Shown in pieces: positions 7,374 to 13,873 of a DNA stretch of 13,873 nucleotides. The translations under genes and the position numbers were made by a program. The stretch spans positions 1-13,873 of the forward strand of contig PMWA01000121.1 in assembly GCA_003166335.1 (NCBI GenBank), written 5' to 3'. Below the pieces are notes generated by a model. The model had not been told where the DNA came from. It made no database searches and saw nothing but the letters and a program-made list of their open reading frames with translations. The stretch comes from Methanobacterium sp. GTDB taxonomy: Archaea > Methanobacteriota > Methanobacteria > Methanobacteriales > Methanobacteriaceae. How positions within the stretch are numbered: the stretch's first letter is position 1; each line of letters opens with the position of its first letter.

Positions 7374-7536
7374 GACTAAATAAAATGCTAAGTCATTATA
7401 GACAGCTTAATACTATGGGACAGATTCTATTTGAACTATAAATTATTTAGTTCATCTACTGACCTTAAAAGAATATTTTTTATCGGCTTTAATGCTGAAT
7501 AAAAAAAATTTAACAGATTTTTTGGAGGTATAATTT

Positions 7537-8637
7537 ATGGTAAAAACTACTATTAGTGTAATAAAAGCAGATGTAGGCAGTGTTGCAGGACATGGATTGG
7601 CTCATCCAGCCTTATTAAAAAAATGTGAAGAAATTTTAGAAACTGCAAAAGAAGAAGAGCTTCTAATGGATTATTATGTTACTAATTGTGGAGATGATAC
7701 AGAACTCATAATGACTCACAGAAATGGTGAAGAAAATGAAGATATCCACAAACTAGCATGGAATGCATTTATAGAGGCAACAGCAGTTGCAAAAAAGTTA
7801 AAACTATATGGAGCAGGTCAAGATCTACTCACAGACACATTCTCAGGAAACATTAAAGGAATGGGTCCCGGAGTTGCAGAAATGGAATTTAAGGAAAGAC
7901 CCAGCGATCCAGTAATTATTTTCGCCTGTGATAAAACCGAACCCGGAGCGTTTAACCTACCTATATATAAAATGTTCGCAGACCCTTTCAACACCGCAGG
8001 ATTAGTAATAGACTCTTCCCTGCATAATGGTTTTAATTTTGAAATATTCGATGTAATGGAACACCAAAAAGTAATCATGAGCTGCCCTGATGAAATGTAC
8101 GATTTATTAGCGCTTTTAGGCACCATAAGCCGATATGTCATAAAAAGAATCTGGAGAAGAGATGACAATGAAATAGCTGCTTCTGTAAGCACAGAACGAT
8201 TAAACCTACTGGCGGGAAAATATGTGGGAAAAGACGATCCAGTAGCTATTGTAAGATCTCAATCAGGATTCCCGGCTGCAGGAGAAGTTGTAGAGCCTTT
8301 TGCATTCCCTCATTTAGTAGGTGGATGGATGAGAGGTTCACATAACGGTCCATTAATGCCTGTAGCACAGCGGAATGCTTATCCTGTACGATTTGATGGC
8401 CCACCACGAGTAATGGCTATGGGTTTCCAAATAGCTGACAGTAAACTAATAGGTCCTGCAGACATGTTTGATGACCCTGCCTATGACCGATCACGTGTAC
8501 TTGCATCTGAAATAGCTGAATACATGAGAAGACATGGTCCATTCGAACCACATCGACTACCTGCTGATGAAATGGAATACACCACCTTACCTGGAGTACT
8601 GGAAAAGTTACAGGGTAGATTTGAAGATATAGATTAA
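7537..8637 (+). CDS. fbp: Bifunctional fructose-1,6-bisphosphate aldolase/phosphatase (class V FBPase)
   Basis: Motifs SVIKADVGSVAGH, GDD, LYGAGQDLL..FSGNIKGMGPGVAE, DKTEPGAFN, FADPFNT.GL, YVGKDDP (Schiff-base Lys), GWMRGSH and MEYTT. Strong SD GGAGGT. Confidence 0.97.
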   Translation: MVKTTISVIKADVGSVAGHGLAHPALLKKCEEILETAKEEELLMDYYVTNCGDDTELIMTHRNGEENEDIHKLAWNAFIEATAVAKKLKLYGAGQDLLTDTFSGNIKGMGPGVAEMEFKERPSDPVIIFACDKTEPGAFNLPIYKMFADPFNTAGLVIDSSLHNGFNFEIFDVMEHQKVIMSCPDEMYDLLALLGTISRYVIKRIWRRDDNEIAASVSTERLNLLAGKYVGKDDPVAIVRSQSGFPAAGEVVEPFAFPHLVGGWMRGSHNGPLMPVAQRNAYPVRFDGPPRVMAMGFQIADSKLIGPADMFDDPAYDRSRVLASEIAEYMRRHGPFEPHRLPADEMEYTTLPGVLEKLQGRFEDID

Positions 8638-8669
8638 AAAAAATTTTAAAACTTATGTCTTAACCCTAC

Positions 8670-8724
8670 TTTTTTTTTTAACTCATTAAATTATTTTTAG
8701 GACACATTCGAGATTCAAAAAAAA
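8670..8724. terminator. Oligo-T terminator tracts in the convergent fbp / DUF434 spacer
   Basis: T10 on + at 8670-8679 after fbp; A8 at 8717-8724 (T8 on minus) after the DUF434 gene. Archaeal intrinsic termination uses oligo-T tracts. Confidence 0.5.
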
Positions 8725-8753
8725 CAATAATTTTGTTTTTGAAAATATTTTTT

Positions 8754-9461
8754 TCAATTAATAATAAACTTGGATAATGATAAATTCTTTTTCTTAATTT
8801 TATAAATATAACATGGTAGATCTAGAATAAAATCTACTTTATCCATTATAATACCATCACTAGTTGCGACAACACCACCAGTTTCATTAGATAGTTTAAT
8901 TAATCGATAATCAACATTTACAGCGGTTTCAGAATTTCCCGAGATTCCATGGTTTTCCATAATCCCTTCTGTAAGTTTTGCTAGTTTGCCACTAAAACTA
9001 ACAGGTTTATCATAGAAAACTCTGACATCTTTTGGTTGATATACTCTAATAAGACTCATAATTGAATTCAAAGCATTTTCTGTGATTTTTTTAAACTTAT
9101 ATTTCCCAAAAACAGCATTCACATCCCTCATAACTCCATCATCACTGATAATGATAGAATCATCATCAAAACATATACTTTCTATCGTTATTAGGATATT
9201 ATAACCGTCAATAAGTAGAGTATTCCCTTTTATTTTACATAATGGAACCACTTTACTTTTCCTAGATCGAGATTTTTTCTGGGAGAAAACAGTTCTATTT
9301 AAAAAATTACGCTCTTTTTTATCTAGTAAATAATGGTTTCCAACAAAATCAATAGCCATTACCTTCTTATAACCTTTATTTAGAAGGAATCTTAAATCAT
9401 TTCTTGCATTCTGCAATTTTCCTGAAGTTTGATATTTCATGTAATTGTTTTTTTTATCCAC
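8754..9461 (-). CDS. DUF434 family protein (PIN/NYN-like fold)
   Basis: Motifs [10 protein letters not shown]....A..FVGNHY.L...[38 protein letters not shown] and VATSD..I.D. Start is GTG 9461 (overlapping the upstream stop) or ATG 9440. Confidence 0.8.
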   Translation of the reverse strand: MDKKNNYMKYQTSGKLQNARNDLRFLLNKGYKKVMAIDFVGNHYLLDKKERNFLNRTVFSQKKSRSRKSKVVPLCKIKGNTLLIDGYNILITIESICFDDDSIIISDDGVMRDVNAVFGKYKFKKITENALNSIMSLIRVYQPKDVRVFYDKPVSFSGKLAKLTEGIMENHGISGNSETAVNVDYRLIKLSNETGGVVATSDGIIMDKVDFILDLPCYIYKIKKKNLSLSKFIIN

Positions 9462-10110
9462 GTCTTTTAGCAGCTATAATAAGAGCCCTATCAGAAGCAT
9501 CTTCTGCCCGATCCACCACATTACCTAATCTTAAAACTATATTATTAAGTTCCATTAGTGTTAAAATACCTATTTTTTCATCTCGATATAATTGATAAAT
9601 TGTTTTCCGTATTTTTCTTTCAATTACATCAGCCTTTTCTTCAACCTCTTCCACTTCATGCGCCTTGGCCATGGCCTCTCCCAAATTAATATCTAAATTT
9701 TCAATACATTCCTTTAATACTGAAACAGATTCAATAATTAAATCTATGAACTTTTCAAAATCCTTTTGTCCTTTTGAAGGAAAATGTATTCTGCTGATGC
9801 AAATTCTATAGCCTGCTTCCTGAGCCATATCAGCCACATTATCTAACAATTCTGCTAGAACTATTCTATCTTCTCGATCAAATGGTAAGAAAGCTCCGTG
9901 ATAGTATTCTATTTCCATTTGTCTGCGGATTACATCTGCTTTATGTTCCATTTTTGATAATTCTTCTACTTCTTGATCTAAACGGTCAAAGTCATTCAGA
10001 TAAAAACATGCCATAATATCCTTAAGTTTTTTCACACACTCATAGACTAATTTAACGTGTTGTCGTCCGAATTTTTCTACTTGGGATTCTTTTCCAAACA
10101 AATTTACCAT
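9454..10110 (-). CDS. DUF47/TIGR00153 PhoU-like phosphate transport regulator family protein
   Basis: Two helical repeats: EHKADVIRR...[21 protein letters not shown] and EEKADVIER...[11 protein letters not shown]. Confidence 0.88.
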   Translation of the reverse strand: MVNLFGKESQVEKFGRQHVKLVYECVKKLKDIMACFYLNDFDRLDQEVEELSKMEHKADVIRRQMEIEYYHGAFLPFDREDRIVLAELLDNVADMAQEAGYRICISRIHFPSKGQKDFEKFIDLIIESVSVLKECIENLDINLGEAMAKAHEVEEVEEKADVIERKIRKTIYQLYRDEKIGILTLMELNNIVLRLGNVVDRAEDASDRALIIAAKRRG

Positions 10111-10187
10111 ATATAATCCCTTTTTAACTTTTTAATGTAAAAAAAACTCTTTTATTTAAAAATATTAATTTTTTTATGAATTTGTTC

Positions 10188-10421
10188 CTATATTAGTTTA
10201 TGTAGCAAGCGTATTGCATCAAGTAGACCATGTGCATAGGTTATACAGCCAAATGCTGTTAAATTATCATCCTTTTCCAAATAATAGATGGTGTCCTTAG
10301 AGTAATTTATAGCCATCTCAACTATTTTTTTTTCTGAATCAATAACGTTTATGGACTCTACTTCTTTTATATTTTTTGCAAAGAGTTCCACATCCTTTTT
10401 AATCCGTTTAACCTCTTCCAT
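10188..10421 (-). CDS. DUF357 family small archaeal protein
   Basis: Signature [33 protein letters not shown] upstream. Confidence 0.85.
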   Translation of the reverse strand: MEEVKRIKKDVELFAKNIKEVESINVIDSEKKIVEMAINYSKDTIYYLEKDDNLTAFGCITYAHGLLDAIRLLHKLI

Positions 10422-10568
10422 TTTTATACACCTTTTTTTTAAGATAATTTGGATTTTACTAAAATATTCATGATAAAATCATCATTCAAAAAAAAATGTG
10501 AAAAAATACTTCTTTTATAGTATTTTAATCCAGAATCCCATTAACTAAAGAATTTTCAAATTGATTAG

Positions 10569-11138
10569 TTAATTTTTCAATTCAATTCTAGAATGATTCA
10601 ACCTTTGAAGTACTGTTACATAACCTAAAATCATGACTAAAGCTACCGCTAAACCCATAATAATGGGATTAAATATGTAACCTAAAAATGCACCGGCCAT
10701 GAGAATAACTAAGCGTTCGGGTCTTTCTGCAATTCCTACATTACATTTTATACCTTCTGATTCTGCTCTGGCTCTCACATAACTTACAGTTAACGAAGCG
10801 TGTATCGCTAGTATTCCAATTATCCAGTTTACAAACCCACCATATATTATACCTATTAAAATGAATGCATCAGCAAATCTATCGCTGGTTGAATCAAGAA
10901 TACCTCCAAATGGTGTGGTTGAGGAATGTTTTCTAGCTACTGCTCCATCAATGATGTCTACAAGACCGCTTAATCCTATAAAAATCCCACCTATAAGTAA
11001 ACTTCCAGTTGCAAACATATAAGCAGATATTACGCTCAGTATAAGGCCAATAATGGTTATAATATTAGGGTTAATGTTAATTTTTTCAGCTAATGGATCC
11101 AATAATATTTTAACATGAGGTCGCAGTTTGTCCAGCAT
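10569..11138 (-). CDS. pgsA: CDP-alcohol phosphatidyltransferase, probable archaetidylinositol-phosphate synthase
   Basis: NPNIIT; CDP-OH motif DIIDGAVAR....[24 protein letters not shown]...VGIAERPER (typical of PIP/AIP synthases); several hydrophobic helices. Confidence 0.88.
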   Translation of the reverse strand: MLDKLRPHVKILLDPLAEKININPNIITIIGLILSVISAYMFATGSLLIGGIFIGLSGLVDIIDGAVARKHSSTTPFGGILDSTSDRFADAFILIGIIYGGFVNWIIGILAIHASLTVSYVRARAESEGIKCNVGIAERPERLVILMAGAFLGYIFNPIIMGLAVALVMILGYVTVLQRLNHSRIELKN

Positions 11139-11164
11139 AAACTTTAATTGAAAACTCCGAAAGG

Positions 11165-11170
11165 ATATAT
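11165..11170. promoter_or_regulatory. Candidate shared bidirectional TATA element (ATATAT) between divergent pgsA and tsaC
   Basis: Palindromic ATATAT near the middle of a 52-bp divergent spacer, with purine-rich CGAAAGG (BRE-like) on its + upstream side. No SD before the pgsA ATG or ATG 11191. Confidence 0.4.
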
Positions 11171-11190
11171 GTTTGGTTATGTGAATATTT

Positions 11191-11799
11191 ATGATTGGAA
11201 TGAAAATAATTAAAATAGATACGGAGAAGCCAGAAAAGGATAAGATTGAATTTGCTTTAAATCTTTTAAGAGATGGAGGTACAGTTGTTTATCCAACTGA
11301 CACTATTTATGGATTGGGAGTTAATATATACGATGAAAATGCTATTAAAAAAGTTTTTTATATTAAAAAAAGATCTTTTAATAAACCGTTATCAGTTTGT
11401 CTTTCTCAAATTAGTGATATAAACAGGATAGCTTATTTGGATAAAACTAAACGTGATATTATTAATGAAATTCTTCCAGGTCCATTTACAATCATTTTAA
11501 GAAAAAAAGAATTTATATCAAAACTTTTAACAGCAGGCGGAGAAAAAATTGGTATTAGAATCCCAAACAACAGGATTTGCATGGAGCTTACGAAATTATT
11601 CCCTATAACCACAACCAGTGCTAATTTATCTGGTAAAAAACCATCCAGATCTGTAAATGAAGTTGTTAAACAATTAGATGATTCAGTAGATTTGATTTTA
11701 GATACAGGGAAATCTGAAAATGAATTACCTTCTACAGTCATCGACCTAACTCTGAATACTCCTAAAGTAGTCAGAGAAGGATCCTATAAACTTAAATAA
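11191..11799 (+). CDS. tsaC: L-threonylcarbamoyladenylate synthase (single-domain TsaC/YrdC type; t6A tRNA modification)
   Basis: Motifs [42 protein letters not shown] and VREG. At 202 aa it lacks the C-terminal SUA5 domain. Start could be ATG 11200. Confidence 0.92.
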   Translation: MIGMKIIKIDTEKPEKDKIEFALNLLRDGGTVVYPTDTIYGLGVNIYDENAIKKVFYIKKRSFNKPLSVCLSQISDINRIAYLDKTKRDIINEILPGPFTIILRKKEFISKLLTAGGEKIGIRIPNNRICMELTKLFPITTTSANLSGKKPSRSVNEVVKQLDDSVDLILDTGKSENELPSTVIDLTLNTPKVVREGSYKLK

Positions 11800-11828
11800 A
11801 ATAAAAAGTATTAAAAAAAAATTTTTAA

Positions 11829-13265
11829 TTATTTTGCTGATGTTTCATTCTCTAATTTTTGGTACCATCCTTTACTATCTCCACCATTAATTTTAGGTAA
11901 TACGAAGCTTCGGTAGACGATTTCTAATATTACTTTAAGCATATGACGGTGTTTAAGAAGATACTTAGGTCTGGCATAGAATTTTAAATAAGCTTTCGTT
12001 AATTTTCGCTCAACCATCTTTTTACTTAATCCTAATTCATCATATTTAATCACAGATTTTAATACTGTATATTTATCCCAGTTTTCTGTGTCAATCAACT
12101 TCTTCTCTTTTAATTCATTATATATGGGAGTACCTGGAAATGGAGTTAAAATAGAGAATTGACTATAATCTGCATCGAGTTTTATAGAAAAATTTATAGT
12201 TTCTTCTATTTCCTCACTAGTTTCACCCGGAAATCCTAAGATGAAAGATGTTAAAACTTCTAAGCCAATATCTTTAGCTGATTTAACAGCATTTTCAGCT
12301 TGCGTTAATGTAATACCTTTCTTCATAAGATTCAGAACACGTTGTGAACCAGATTCAACTCCATAATATAAAGTGCTTAATCCTGCACTTTTAAGTTTCT
12401 CTAACAGATTTCTATCAACCATATCAACTCTTGAAGAAGCAACAAAACCTATATCTAATCCTCTACCTTTTATTTCATCAGCTATTGCATTAGCCCTTCT
12501 CTTATTAAGCATGAAAGTATCATCCATAAAAGCTATATCTTTAATCTGATAATTCTCCTGTAATTCCTCAATCTCATCAACCACATTTTCAGGACTCCTA
12601 GACCTGAATTTCTTACCCATAACAAGTGACGATGAACAGTAGCCACAAGAATAAACACATCCTCTACTAGTTATCATATCACTAGTCTTATCCTTAGTGG
12701 AACCATATGATTCAAATGGAACCAGATGTCTAGCTGGGAATGGAATCGAATTTAGATCATTAATCAATGGCCGTTGTTGATTTAATTTTATATTCCCCGT
12801 TTTAATATCACGATAAACTATACCTTTTACTTCATCCAGATTTAAATGACTCGTTTCACAATACTTACTAGCCAAATCAGTGAATGTCTCCTCACCTTCA
12901 CCAATAACCACAACATCCAATGATGGTGATTCTTTCAATGTATCAATAGGTACGAAAGTGGCATGAGGACCCCCTATAACACTTAAAGAATTTGGCAAAA
13001 CTTCTTTAACGGATTCAACATATTTTAAAGCAGTTTTTATATTGGAAGTAGTGGCGGTAAAACCAACCACAGAAGGATCAAGTTTTGATGCTAATTCACA
13101 TACTTTTTCATAACCCATTTTCATTAAATCATCATCTATAATTTTAACTGACATTGAAGATTCTAATGCTCCAGCTAAATACAAGAGATTTAATGGAGGA
13201 GTAATAAAGCCTAAACCATTCTTCACAGCATTCTCATCATAAGGATTTATAAGTAATACATCCAT
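11829..13265 (-). CDS. Cobalamin-binding radical SAM protein (class B methylase-like)
   Basis: N-terminal B12-binding domain ([26 protein letters not shown]), [12 protein letters not shown] (CxxxCxxC), [25 protein letters not shown] and TPFPGTP. SD AGGAG at 13276-13280. Confidence 0.93.
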   Translation of the reverse strand: MDVLLINPYDENAVKNGLGFITPPLNLLYLAGALESSMSVKIIDDDLMKMGYEKVCELASKLDPSVVGFTATTSNIKTALKYVESVKEVLPNSLSVIGGPHATFVPIDTLKESPSLDVVVIGEGEETFTDLASKYCETSHLNLDEVKGIVYRDIKTGNIKLNQQRPLINDLNSIPFPARHLVPFESYGSTKDKTSDMITSRGCVYSCGYCSSSLVMGKKFRSRSPENVVDEIEELQENYQIKDIAFMDDTFMLNKRRANAIADEIKGRGLDIGFVASSRVDMVDRNLLEKLKSAGLSTLYYGVESGSQRVLNLMKKGITLTQAENAVKSAKDIGLEVLTSFILGFPGETSEEIEETINFSIKLDADYSQFSILTPFPGTPIYNELKEKKLIDTENWDKYTVLKSVIKYDELGLSKKMVERKLTKAYLKFYARPKYLLKHRHMLKVILEIVYRSFVLPKINGGDSKGWYQKLENETSAK

Positions 13266-13320
13266 TTGCCATCAACTCCTATTATTTTTAAATGAAAACC
13301 TGAATTAAAAATTTTAAATT

Positions 13321-13873
13321 TTATTTACTGGCTAAATCCACCAAAATATCACCATTGGAAAGCTCTGTGGACTCTCTTAAAATTTTGGATCTAATTTTAT
13401 TCCATTCATAAGTGTTGTTTATACAACCCGGGTCTGGAGCCAACACATTATCGAAATAATTATATGCACGAGCCCTACATCCGCCACAAATTTTTCTGGA
13501 TTCACATTCACCACAATGTCCTTCGAGCATATCTTTGTCTCTAAGATTCTTTAAAAGATTGTTATTCTTCCAAACATCCTCAAAATCATCTACAAGCAAA
13601 TTACCTAAAATTACTTCATCCCTATGGGGGAAAAAAACGCATGGAAACATGTCGCCATTTGGTTCTATACTCATATAAAATCTTCCAGCTCCACAACCTC
13701 CAATGAAGTCTGCTAATTGCCTAACTGATGAGCTTTTATATTCCGGATTTGAAAAATGCGTAGGAATCACCTTAGACTCATTTGAATCCAATGAATCAGC
13801 CACTACAGCATATTGAGGTGCAGTGGAGAGAATCTCCATCTCACCACGTCTATTCTCAGAGAAAGCTGTTTTT
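13321..13873 (-). CDS. Radical SAM protein with C-terminal SPASM domain; 3' part only, start lies beyond the right edge
   Basis: The frame stays open upstream of ATG 13839 to the edge ([21 protein letters not shown]). SPASM motif [20 protein letters not shown]...GNL...FEDVW...[18 protein letters not shown]...DPGC. The CxxxCxxC core is not in the window. Confidence 0.88.
   Translation of the reverse strand, partial: KTAFSENRRGEMEILSTAPQYAVVADSLDSNESKVIPTHFSNPEYKSSSVRQLADFIGGCGAGRFYMSIEPNGDMFPCVFFPHRDEVILGNLLVDDFEDVWKNNNLLKNLRDKDMLEGHCGECESRKICGGCRARAYNYFDNVLAPDPGCINNTYEWNKIRSKILRESTELSNGDILVDLASK

Noticed and set aside
7818..8192. 124-aa minus strand ORF
   Set aside because: Lies entirely antisense within the highly conserved fbp gene.
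9404..9595. 63-aa + strand ORF
   Set aside because: Antisense shadow of the DUF47/DUF434 junction.
11433..11741. 102-aa minus strand ORF downstream of the radical SAM pair, considered as a RiPP precursor
   Set aside because: Fully antisense to tsaC, no SD, and no precursor-like composition.
13237..13272. Out-of-frame ATG just upstream of the B12 radical SAM start, giving an 11-codon overlapping ORF
   Set aside because: Only 3 nt from the SD, too close for efficient initiation; the main ATG has normal spacing.
13321..13839. 172-aa stand-alone SPASM protein as given by the ORF track
   Set aside because: The frame is open to the window edge; ATG 13839 is most likely an internal Met of a longer radical SAM gene.

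Overview
AT-rich archaeal chromosome segment, almost certainly from a Methanobacteriales methanogen (Methanobacterium-like), made mostly of housekeeping genes. Left (minus strand): a translationally coupled operon pdxT - gltB1 (Ntn glutamine amidotransferase) - gltB3 (GXGXG domain) - FrhB/FpoF-like F420-interacting subunit - gltB2 (ferredoxin + FMN synthase subunit, running off the left edge), i.e. a split, probably F420H2-dependent glutamate synthase. Middle: a 645-bp AT-rich spacer, malate dehydrogenase, a HEAT-repeat protein, homoisocitrate dehydrogenase (aksF-like) and FBP aldolase/phosphatase. Right: DUF434, DUF47, DUF357, archaetidylinositol-phosphate synthase, TsaC/Sua5, and a tandem radical SAM pair (SPASM-type, truncated by the right edge, then a B12-binding one). 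The most notable observations are the circularly permuted FrhB-type subunit, an ACT-like insertion in GltB1, and the radical SAM pair, which may be a tetraether-lipid bridging/methylation module (Gms/Gmm-like). No RNA genes, CRISPR arrays or mobile elements were recognised. All family assignments come from motif recognition by eye; no searches were run.
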